64,000 nt of DNA from Bispira polyomma (taxonomy: Eukaryota): the NCBI GenBank assembly GCA_965649765.1, contig OZ287758.1:21328001-21392000 (forward strand), given 5' to 3'. The translations under genes were made by a program, and so were the position numbers. A model generated the notes under the pieces. It saw nothing but the letters and a program-made list of their open reading frames with translations, was not told the origin of the DNA and did no database searches. Below are positions 13,385 through 24,538 of the stretch, one piece after another (the first letter of the stretch is position 1; each line of letters opens with the position of its first letter).

Positions 13385-14039
13385 ATTAACCCTTCTCTGT
13401 AACTTGTAATTCAAAGTCGCTTCGCAAGAATAACTATACCTCATTCTAGAATTGCTATTGACTATAATAGCAAGCTGACGCCAATATGTGTATTGTCCTT
13501 TATTAATGATGCTTCACTCTGAACACAATGACTTTAATTATAACCGAACAGCATCTAAAGAAAGACTTTGTAATGCATGCCATAATAGTACAAATCTTCA
13601 TGAAATGTTGAAGTTTCATAAAAAATGTTTTGTAGGCTTATGTACCTTTTTGGATAATAAACAAATATATGTAACCCATAAGGTAAGAAGACCACAATTG
13701 TTACTGCACATATTCCGTCATATATTTTTTAGAAGGTCAAATATTTCATTTAATGCTTTTTAATATTGTTGTTATTTTAAATTTACAGTTGTTAGTTTGT
13801 CTTCTATTGTATATAAGTTAGTAAAATGCAATCCTGATAAATGTTTTATCTCAAGGTGGAAACTTAGAAACAAAAAAAAACAAAACAATTACCATCTGGC
13901 CTAACATTTTGTAAAGAGATCATTCCATAAGTTGATTATTAACTCTTTGCTGGTCATAACGCTATTACATTTGAAAAATACAATCTCTACATTGATTCTT
14001 TGCTTGTGCATTGAACAAAATTTGAGAAGACAATATTCT

Positions 14040-15223
14040 TTTATATAGATGTACCATTTTACCATTTGTTTAATGACCGGTGACATCTCTGTCTGCACTT
14101 GATGAACCTTAACAGTCTGTGCAGCAAATTCACTCTCAATCTTTCTTGCCTCGATTATGAACTGTGGATCACCCGCCAGTTCATCAAACTTGTGCCTTAG
14201 CACATACCTGATCTTGTCATCATGCATCTTTGTCCAAAATTGGGTATTCACCACAATGTCATAGTTTTATGGACTAATAACATTGGCATCCTTCCTGGTG
14301 ATTTTACTGGCTAGGTCCTAAAGCCTAGAGTACCAGTCAGTAAAATTCTCACCCACCTACTGTGAAGCAGCATATAATTGCGCCAAAAGAACATGGGGTG
14401 GATTCACATCCCCGAACATCATGTCAAACCGACTCAAGATATCGGCAATGGTCGCATTTTCACTCATGTACAGTATAATTTCCTGTGCCTGTCCTTTGAT
14501 GGATCTTTTAATTGCGGTCCGAATCATACCCTTCAAGACATCCCTGCTTGATTGGACACTGCATGTCATATCTGAATTATTCAAAGGAACAGTCTTTTGA
14601 GGTACCTGAAATGTACTCACCCTAATGTTGTGAATAGTATTAGAGTAACCAAACTGAAAAGAATATTCATCACGAGGTGTTGAAGAAGAGGACATATTTC
14701 TCCCGTGTGCAGGAAACGGATTTACTATTCGACGATTGCCCATTGGCATATGGACACTTCCAACCCTGGACTCATCACTTCTGAACCCAGTAATATTTAC
14801 CCCTTGACCAGTAGCTGGAACTTCCATGACTGCTCTCAACTGCTGTTTCTGGTCCACTGACAATCCTGTTATGGCTTCCAGTGTGTCACTCAGCTTAGAG
14901 GTCACCTTCGGACCAGGATTTGGTTTCTGTGGTCTCGTAACTGTAGTACTCTGGTTTGAGTTGCATCAGTATTTGCTGCAACCCAGAAGTAAGTCTGGAG
15001 ACAATACCAGCGCTACTAATGAGGGTATTCCCTTGGGACCGTTGAGCAATAACCTCAGATAACTGCTTATCCCTGAACACCACAATAAGGCGGTGTCACC
15101 ATGCAGTGTCTCCAGAATAACCTTTGCTGGGTCTCCTTCTGGGTATAACAACTGGCAAACTTTCAAAGTTTCAAACCCGGGTGCTAAGCTTCCGACGTAG
15201 AGAATATTAGACCCCGACATCAT
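14040..15223 (-). pseudogene. Decayed Ty3/gypsy (PNMA-like) gag
   Basis: AIKRSIKGQAQEII...ADILSRFDMMFGDV...LLAQLYAASQ*VGENFTDWYSRL* and QFWTKMHDDKIRYVLRHKFD...FIIEARKIESE resemble the PNMA/gypsy capsid. Multiple stops and frameshifts; no pol seen. Confidence 0.7.
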
Positions 15224-15637
15224 ACTTTTTTACAAGTTCACCCAACTATCCCTCAAAACAATTTCAATCTTTACACCAAAGATCTACGGTGAAAATGCAT
15301 AGCACGACCCAATAGGGGTCTGCTACTTCAGTTCAACCAAAGGAAAATGTATTACTACTTTAAGCCCTAGGGGCAAATTCGACAACTGTAGCATGATTCA
15401 TCCAACCGTGAACTGGCCAGCCAATTAGGGGTCTTCCCTCCCAAATTCTGCATTCCTGTCCTAATATCTTCCATTTTGGAAAAGGATTCAGCAGTATACA
15501 CACGTACATTTTTTACAGCCAAGTTTATGAAGGCTCTGCTGAATCCAATTGCTTTTAGTATTTTAGTTTTTTATTCTATTGTTTGTTTTTAATATACTCT
15601 ACTTTTTATGTGTTTGTGATATATATATTGTGGTAAA

Positions 15638-16891
15638 ATGGGGAGGACGTCTGAAAGGAAATTAAGACACACTAAGAAGACCCCAGCTACTGAAGGCAGT
15701 AAGGCAACAAAGAAAGGTACAGCAAAGAAAAGCAAATTGGGTAAGAATACTCGCATTGATGACAGTATCATAACTAACCCCAGTAGCCTCTTTGATCAAG
15801 CTGAGGCCGACCACGTGTCTCCATCTACCCGATCTCGGCGTCCGAACCCCACCGGATCATCACACCAGGCCAATGAAATGCTAACCATACTAAGGCGGCT
15901 TGAGGAATCTAACGCGCTACTCACCCATAGGTTGGATCGAGTAGAAGCTAGAGACTCGACTGCTCAGTCAGCATCTCCTTGCCTAAATCCCACACGTTCC
16001 GCTCACCAGGTCGCGTTGGGTAACGACATCACGGCTCAGCCACACCTCTCAGCTCCAGGTTCCATGACGAATCCTAGTCACTCGTATCCACAGGCACCGC
16101 TGTCGATCAGTACCACGGCTCAGCCACACACGTCAACAGCCAGTTCACTTAACCGGGTCGACTACACAACTGATGCAATCGTTCCCAAAGCAGACATCCT
16201 GAAGACGTTGCCAGACATACAGGCAAGGGTCAACGAGAGGCTAGCCGAGTACAACCTCCAGGCCCAGGCCGTATTTACCCAAGGTAAGGCTGCTCTCAGA
16301 CAGAAGTCGGGGAGATTTAATACTACAGACATACCGAACAGCAACCCGAAGACTAGGTGGGCAAACGAGGGGTGGACGGGTACTTCTTCGCGTAAACGAC
16401 CACCTTATGATGACTTGTCGCTTCCTCAGTGGGCATCTGGCCAGTTGGCCAATGCTCTCCAGGTCACGGACCCTCTGATCTCGAGAGAAATTATACAGCA
16501 GGTCGTTCTATCCCTCAGGGACGCCGCGTCACTACCATGGGAGGTCGTCCGAACGGCCTGGGCGTTAAACATGACCGAGATTGAAGAAGGTAGACTGTCC
16601 TGGGGGGACACAACGCAGTGGGCCCTCAACAGGCTCAGTGCGTCACAGCTAGCTATGGTGAATTCTAAAACCACCAATGCTTCATCTACTCACGTCGGAT
16701 CAACAGCCAAGGTTATTTGCAAACTGTATAACTCCGGAAAGTGTTCGCATAAAGCAGATCACAGCCAGTATAAGCATGTGTGTTGGCACTGTGCTACCGT
16801 GCTTCACAAAGACGTATACCACCCAGAATTTAAGTGTTATAAGTCCAACTCAGCTAAACAGGCAGAATCAGGCTCTTCTTCTACCCACTAG
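15638..16891 (+). CDS. gag: Gag-like ORF1 of element 1 (417 aa)
   Basis: Basic N-terminus, coiled-coil-like MLTILRRLEESNALLTHRLDRVE, and a C-terminal Cys/His cluster CKLYNSGKC...HVCWHC...HPEFKC typical of DIRS-order ORF1. Confidence 0.88.
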   Translation: MGRTSERKLRHTKKTPATEGSKATKKGTAKKSKLGKNTRIDDSIITNPSSLFDQAEADHVSPSTRSRRPNPTGSSHQANEMLTILRRLEESNALLTHRLDRVEARDSTAQSASPCLNPTRSAHQVALGNDITAQPHLSAPGSMTNPSHSYPQAPLSISTTAQPHTSTASSLNRVDYTTDAIVPKADILKTLPDIQARVNERLAEYNLQAQAVFTQGKAALRQKSGRFNTTDIPNSNPKTRWANEGWTGTSSRKRPPYDDLSLPQWASGQLANALQVTDPLISREIIQQVVLSLRDAASLPWEVVRTAWALNMTEIEEGRLSWGDTTQWALNRLSASQLAMVNSKTTNASSTHVGSTAKVICKLYNSGKCSHKADHSQYKHVCWHCATVLHKDVYHPEFKCYKSNSAKQAESGSSSTH

Positions 16892-16910
16892 GACATTGAC
16901 CAACTACCAG

Positions 16911-19900
16911 GACTAGGGCCATCTTGTCATAACAGTGAAAGTAAGAATAAGTTAGAAGTATATGTAAAACAGAATTATGAAGACCAAGACATAACTAAAG
17001 CAGATAAGCATATGGTTTCATTGTTAAATAAGATGGAAAGTAATAATTCGTATATTTTTTCAAACAAACCTAAAAATGTTAATGTGAATGTATTGTCACA
17101 TGAAAGTGAAAATGTAAAAAATGTACACACTGTTAAACCGGAAATGTGTAAACCTAGCTTGTCAATCAGTACTGACAAAAAGAGCATTGATGATAGCCAT
17201 ATTGCAGTTAAAAATTATAATGTCATTAGATTGCCTAACAAATTTGGAAAGATAAAAAATTCATGCACTGCTAAAACGGCAATGTGTGATCCTAGCTTAA
17301 CAGTTAGTATCGACAAGAAGGTTAATAATAGTGAACCTATTGGGGTCAAGAAATGGAATGTTCAGCAATATATCAGGGCCAGTGTACTGGACTCGAGTAC
17401 CAGTACTAGAATGTACACAGATGACAGTTGTGGTCAATTCACCAAATTTGGGGGGTTTTCTAAAAATAAAGGTGATATTAAGATAAATGGTCTAGATAAT
17501 TCACACAGCGAAGTCCCTGTATTTTGGGGAAACAGAAATATTGGTGAACATTCAGAAAGAGAGAATAAAAGAAATTTCACAGTTAATGCTGATTTATGTA
17601 ATGCCAGCAGTGTTAATGCCAGGTATGGTACCCCAAATGAGACAAAAGTAAAAGTTACCATCTCTACTACTAATTGGTTGTTTTGCATGCCTCACATTAC
17701 ACAAGGAATGCCTGTGGTTTTTGTGCAGTCTGAGCTGCCACATGTTTCTGGTTTTTACACCTCATGGGATGAGGATTTTGGGACAAATTTCTACAGATGT
17801 AAGAACCCACCAACTGGGGTAATGTCAGTGACCAGCATAGTCACAACTCAAATAGCTTTGGCTAATTTTAGGGATGATTTTCAAAACAGCAACAAGGTTG
17901 TAACAGTTACTGATGATGACAAATGTAAAGCTAAGGATGCTTGGCATGATTTTCAAAAAGAAATGTATTGCAAAAACAATTTCAAAAAAGGTTATACAGA
18001 ATATGTAACAAATATCATTGACGAAATGTTGTTAGACATAAATGTAAATACAACATGTGTTGTCAGTAATGACAGACCAATGGAGGTTCAAACCTGCCAT
18101 AAAGGTAAAGTAGCGTCGTGCGATCTCTTCTTCCAAACTTTTGGACATTTCTCACAAACTACCACAAGTGCCACCATAGTGGATAAGGATATTAATTTCC
18201 CCAACAAAACTAAGGGTTTCTTGGCAATCTCAGAAACCAAGTTTAGTTTTATAGGACCTGACAGGGCCCCCATACACATTACTTCAATTAAGGAAATGTC
18301 TGAAATAGCACAAACCATTAGGGATACGGGATGTCCCAATTATAAGGGAGCAAGGATCCCCCTGGTATCAGGTCTTAACACCAAAGCATGGGAGGAAGTC
18401 CTTTCAAATTACCCAGATGAACTTTTACTACAATATATCAAGTTTGGTTTTCCCCTTTCACTTACTTGTCCAAAGGATTTAAAGGTCAAGGATACCATCA
18501 ATCACCACTCTGCACTTGAATTTAAGGACCACATAAGGCAATATTTAGAAAAAGAGAAACAATGTGGGGCCATGTTAGGACCTAGTTTAGACATTAAGGA
18601 TGAATTATTTCACTGTTCTCCACTGCTCACCAGACCTAAGGACAATTCCAAAAGGCGTGTAATTTTAAACTTGTCTCACCCCAGGGGGGAATCACTTAAT
18701 GACAATGTCAATAGGAAACAATTCGATGGAGTGGACTTCACCTTAAAATTTCCCACAATAGACGATATAGTAGAACAGATTCGTAAAACACACACTCCAC
18801 GTATCTTTAAACTGGACGTCGCGCGCGCTTTTAGAAATTTGAGGGTGGACCCAGTCGATGCCATGAAATTAGGAATCAAATTTGACGACCATAAGTACGT
18901 TGATCCGGCGGTTGCGTTCGGCTGGGTCCACGGCTCGGCTGCTTTTCAGCGTTGCTCGGATGTTATAGCACACACCATGGAGAAGCACAACCATAAGATC
19001 TTCTGTTATATCGACGATTATGTAGGCGTTTCTCCAGACTCGGAAGCAGAAGAAGCTTTTAACCAATTATATGAACTGGTTACCAAACTTGGTTTTCCGT
19101 TAAACCCAGAAAAAATTTCAAAACCAAGTTCAAAAGTCACCTGTCTTGGCATAGATATCGACATTCAGGCAGGCACTATAAGTATTACTCCCGAAAAAAT
19201 ACAGGAAACATATAACCTCTGTTTAGAAATAGTTAACAAAGTTTGGATATCTAGAACTAAATTTCAATCAATATTGGGAAAATTGCTTTACATCCATAAA
19301 TGTGTAAAGCCTGCTCGAATGTTTATAAACAGACTTCTTATGGCGTTTCGGAATAACAGTCAAGCTAAACGATTTAAAATTTCGCATGACATGAAGGCTG
19401 ACTTATTATGGTTCGTACAATTTCTACCACGCTATAATGGTATTACGTTCATCGATCCGGTAATTGCTAAGCATAAGGACGAGGTTTTTATTGATGCATG
19501 CCTCACTGGCCTAGGGGCCATCTACACCAATGAGGTTTTCGCTACCCCATTATACAACATCTATAATAGGGCTTTATCTATCGTGCATATCGAAATGCTT
19601 AACATTCTATTAGCTTTAAGGGTCTGGGGTGAGCAGTGGAGTCATAGACGTATAATCATGAATTGTGACAACATGTCCGTTGTCCTGGTAGTTAGGTCCA
19701 ATAAGACAAAAGACGATTTTCTTGCTTTATGTTTAAGGAATATCTGGCTAATCTCGGCTGTACATGATATTACAATCGAGATTCAGCACATTAAAGGTAA
19801 AGACAATGTAATTGCTGACCTCCTTTCAAGACTTTTTTCTGAGCAACCCCCCCATAAGGGACAGTTGGAAATATTAAGGGATTCCTGTAAGTGGCACACC

Positions 19901-19939
19901 ATTCCACTCCAGTACTTTAACCTAGACTTAAATATATGA
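16911..19939 (+). CDS. pol: Reverse transcriptase/RNase H ORF2 of element 1 (frame open from 16892; first ATG 17012; start given is the predicted splice acceptor)
   Basis: KRRVILNLS, KLDVARAFRNL, FGWVHGS, YIDD; RNase H DACLTGLG...EMLN...CDN...ADLLSR. No methyltransferase domain seen. Confidence 0.92.
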
Positions 19940-20925
19940 TTTCAGGATCAAACCACATCACACAAAGATTCACAGACTCAGCATGGCAGAGGATTGACTG
20001 TGCTTTGCGTCCAAAGACTACACAGACTTACAATACCCAGTTTAGAACCTTCATCTCATTTACTTGCTATGCTGGAATAGAAGAAATTACCACACACTCA
20101 TTGATTGCATTTCTAGAATACTTGGTACAAACAGGGGCGTCACCCAACATGGTTAATAACCATCTTGCAGCCATTAAACATATGGCCAAGAAGTTGTACT
20201 GGGATACAAAAATTTTTGAAAACAATACAGTGTCTATGTTTACTAGAAGCTTGACACATACATCACCATTTAGACCTTCACCTAAAGGAATTTTCCACAT
20301 TGAACACTTATTACTGATCTCCAAAGCTTGTGATATTTTAAGAGACCCACCTCTATATAGGGCCATTTTCATGCTAGCTTTCTTTGGATTCTTGAGAATA
20401 TCCAATATAGTCCCTCACTCCAGATCCAAATTTGATCCAACTCGTCACTTTCTAAGGAAAGATATAATCTTTGGCCACCCAGGTGCACACTTGATCTTGA
20501 AGTGGGCAAAGAATTTACAAATTAGATCACAGTTTCACATTATACAGATACCCTTACTGGACAATGTTTTATTATGTCCAGTCAAGGCCATACAGACATT
20601 ATTGAAATCTAGACCTCTGTCACCTGATGCCCCACTTTTCGTCAGTAATACTTACCCACACTATCCAATTGTAGAAACACATGTGCGTTCTGCACTAGCT
20701 TCAATACTTACACATGTGGGAATTCCCACCAAATCACATAGTTTCCACACATTTAGAAGATCAGGGGCAACATATGCCTTTAATAATAACGTGTCACTTC
20801 AAAACATCATGGCGCACGGCCTCTGGAGGTCATCTGCAGTCTGGTCATATTTGCATCAGAATTCTCAAGCAATTTCTGCTGTCCCTCTCACTTTCGCCTC
20901 CTCTCTATCTAAACTTCCTTCCTAG
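19936..20925 (+). CDS. Tyrosine recombinase ORF3 of element 1 (329 aa)
   Basis: Catalytic set: R (FLRISN), HxxR (HTFRRSGAT), HGLWRS and Y (VWSY). Confidence 0.93.
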   Translation: MISGSNHITQRFTDSAWQRIDCALRPKTTQTYNTQFRTFISFTCYAGIEEITTHSLIAFLEYLVQTGASPNMVNNHLAAIKHMAKKLYWDTKIFENNTVSMFTRSLTHTSPFRPSPKGIFHIEHLLLISKACDILRDPPLYRAIFMLAFFGFLRISNIVPHSRSKFDPTRHFLRKDIIFGHPGAHLILKWAKNLQIRSQFHIIQIPLLDNVLLCPVKAIQTLLKSRPLSPDAPLFVSNTYPHYPIVETHVRSALASILTHVGIPTKSHSFHTFRRSGATYAFNNNVSLQNIMAHGLWRSSAVWSYLHQNSQAISAVPLTFASSLSKLPS

Positions 20926-22689
20926 TTTGGCTTGGGTGATTTTAAAATTACCTTGTATTTTAATAATTTATACCTATTTTACACCTACCTGTATATAGAT
21001 TTACTAACATGTACAGAATTTAAATAAATTCCTCAAACCATAGTTTCACTGTCTTCTGCTATACTTACCAGACTATCTTTCCACTACAACTTACCTTCTT
21101 TCCATTATACCAAGTAGAACTGCGGTCAAAATCAAGGTTAAAAAAACCAAAAAAAAACAACAGCCACCTGACTCCGCTATCTAACCAGGGACTATAAACA
21201 CAGTTTACCACAACTGTTTCTTAAATAAATTTAGCTCTGCAACTGTAAGATCAGCTTCTTAATTCAACATAAAGTTGACATAAAATAAAAGCAGTGATTT
21301 CAAGATACACTATATTGCAATAAAGTCCAAATTGTACATCTTATCGCATTAAATCTTGAACTGCAACTGTGACTCAACTGCTACCTAAATATATAAGTAC
21401 ATTAAACATATACTCTAGCATTCAATCGGACAATTTAAATCCAGGATATCAAAACCAAAATTGTAATACAAATTAAATCACATGGAATCACAAGCAGAAA
21501 AAGTACATGTAGAACATGCAAGCACCATTTAAGTAAATGCTGTGTCCAGCACAGTTACAATAAATACATCGTGACTAAATATTACATAAATATATCACTA
21601 ACTACCAAACTTGATGCACGTTTAAATAACATAAATTTAAATAACAAATTAAAGTGCTCACAAATGTCATGGGATATAATCTCCCGAAATGATATCTACT
21701 CACCGAATGATTTATAAGTAAACAAGGTGATTTAAGGAATAATTTACTCAGACACTATAAATATTACTTTACCGGTTGAGTACAAAATATTGTGCAAATA
21801 TTACTTTTCCTAAAAACAAATGCACTTAGTAATAGTCAACTTAATTACAGATCTGAAGCAGTCATATATATAGCAGTAATGCAGAGTCTAAATTACCATG
21901 CAGAGTTAATTATCACAATTATCATGCAAAAACAGTAAAAGAAATAAACCACTTGTCCAGCTCAGTCCACTTAACTACAACACTTATCAATAGTCAACAA
22001 AACTCAATCCAAATTCCAGCTTTAATCAAATCTAAATGTGGTGAAAGATTATCACTTCAAAAATTTTGCAACCCTGTTCGCTTTCGGCAGAATGTTCCAT
22101 TAAACAAACATGCCCAACTTTCCAACACAAACTAAACACACTTAACGGTAGACAATACAGTGCTGAAGGACATCACGATAACGGTCTCTTAGGCTGTAAA
22201 TAGTTACACAAAGGTATCTGGCGTGTCTATATATTGGTATGATTACAAAGACTGCTATTTTTTACCATGAAAATGTTTTTTTTTTGCATATGTACATACA
22301 ATAAATAAAATAAATAGATATATTGAACATACATAGATAATAAATAAAAATGTTAGAAATATTTATTTACTCACCTACATTTTGCAACCCCCATCACCTT
22401 TGGACCAAAAATTAATCAATTTTAGGTCAAACCTGAAAAAAAACGGGTCGAACGATCTGAGAAAAAAACGGGTCGAAACATCTGGATATCGTCACAATTG
22501 TATATTTGCTGCACCTCATTTTGTAAAAGTAGGCTATAATCTTTGACTAAGTCACTGATGCTAGTAAAGTTGTGGTTTTTGGAGATATCAAAAGCCTTGT
22601 TTAGGGGTTTTCCAGCCACTGTGATGAATTTTTTACACAGAAGCTTTTCATGCAAAATTGCAAGATAGTCTTTTGGTTTTACTAAAAAG

Positions 22690-23550
22690 AAAGAAAACTA
22701 ACAGTACAGAACGTGTTTATATAAGTCATGAGGATTTGTTTTACATAGTAGCACATTTTGGTCTTGTATGCCACACATCCATAATGCAAAATATTTTCAT
22801 TTATTAGAAAAAATACCGGGTATTGTGCTCAAAACTCTCTTGACCCAAGCCGATTTTACGGCGATTATTAAGTTTTTAAAATCAATCATTTTAAGGCCTC
22901 CATATGGTAGATCATTAACAATAGTTCGTCTTTTGACCTTTGGGCGTTTTTTTAACCCCACAGGAAAATAGACAGCATCGTGTCAACCTCATGAATAAAT
23001 TTGTCGGGAACAAAATCATACTACATAAATTAATAGTTTGAATAATTATGATGGCTTTTAATGACTGTAATTTTTTTCCCTTCAAGCTTAGTTTCCGTTT
23101 AGACCATATATTAATGATAGGTTGAATTGCCTCTAGCTTAGGTTTTAAATTGAGTTTGTAAATTTTCATCTTTATTTTGGGAAAACCGGATTTTTAAAAG
23201 GTTCCATTTTCCATGCAATCTTCAAACTTTTATCCTTTTTCATAGTTTCATCAAGGGATATCAGTTCTGTCTTGGACTTATTTAAGTCCGGAACATATAC
23301 TAAAGATATCCAACCTTTGAAAAGCCTGTTTTAGGGAATTTGTGTTCTCGAGAAACAAGGTTGTATCATCAGCCATCTGGTTTATTTTGTAATCCATAAT
23401 GCCAACCTTCATACCGTAACAGATTTATCACTACGTATATCGACGACCAATAATTCGACCACAATTATGAACACTAGTGCACTAAGGCAGCAACATTGAT
23501 GTATACCTCGTGGAAAATTAGTTGTTAGATGTAACAAAATATCTTCTTAA
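22690..23550 (-). mobile_element. Degenerate L1/Tx1-like LINE ORF2 fragment
   Basis: Minus-strand QMADDTTLFL, INIWSKRKLSLKGK and LPYGGLKMIDF, with frameshifts. Confidence 0.7.
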
Positions 23551-24538
23551 AATATAATATATGTGATGGTGATACCTAGATACTTAACTGTCAAAGTTAA
23601 TCAACTAGATATTGTTCAATAGTAGAAAGGCTGCAATAATAATAAAAAAAAGAAGAAAGACTTTGCCTTAGATCTAGTATACTTTTGTACTAGATTTAGG
23701 ACAAAGTCTAGACTTAGCCCATTTGTGAATACCGCTGTTGATTTTGACCAGTAAAATAAAACAGCATTTAAACGTCATCATATGGGAAATATATCTTGTT
23801 ATATCATTTTATTCCTTTTGATTTCATAAATATAAGTCAAGCAGACTCACACTCGTTGACAAAAATATATAACGTACACTTATTATTGGATTTTATTAAC
23901 CATGAATTGGAAAAATATGTATGCAAATTCGAGTTTCGCTTAGTGGGTAATATACTGGCTTAAGAATGCAGAGGACATGTGAGCCTAGTGACTTGGATGA
24001 CCACTTAAAAAGCAGATCATCTCTCGTTAGATTATACTCTAGTGGCAAAGTGAAGAACATTAGAGACATTGACAAATTTTCCTCCTTAAACTTCAATTAC
24101 TGGTACTGATTGGCTGTACCCGGAAAGCCAGGAAAAAGTCAATAAGCACTTTGATTACCACATAAATTTGTCAACAAGCAACAAAAAAGCAAATAAATTT
24201 ATTTTTTGTATGATAAATGTATGCAATATTACATTATGGGATTAAGAAGGTATATCAATAGCATATTTAGGCAGTTGGTATAAAGATCAGAATGTCCCTG
24301 TTCAGCCCTTAGAGGATGTATTTTCATCAACATGTTGATAAATAAATAAAGTTTATAAATTTATCAAATGTTTTGGACGTTGGTCAGTAAAACACATCAT
24401 AACAACGTTTCGAACTGCAAATAAATACAGTAATACTGATTTTTTTACTCTTTAAACAGGAGATCCTATCAGTTTCACCTTTTGTGGATAACACAGTAGT
24501 GTTATGGTCTTAAAAATAGTTTTTTTTGTTTGATTCAG

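Larger units (their letters stand above)
15296..21122 (+). mobile_element. YR retrotransposon (DIRS order, Ngaro/PAT-like), element 1; structure A-gag-pol-YR-B, without the second A/B
   Basis: The 5' end TGCATAGCACGACCCAATAGGGGTCTGCTACTTCAGTTC is homologous to the A start of element 2. The 3' end ...AAGTAGAACTG is homologous to the B end ...AAGTGGACTG. Three open ORFs; no TSD. Confidence 0.88.

Noticed and set aside
21123-22247. 5' LTR/leader of the gypsy relic on the far side of element 1
   Set aside because: A TGTAA start exists on the minus strand at 22247, but no second LTR or convincing PBS was found.
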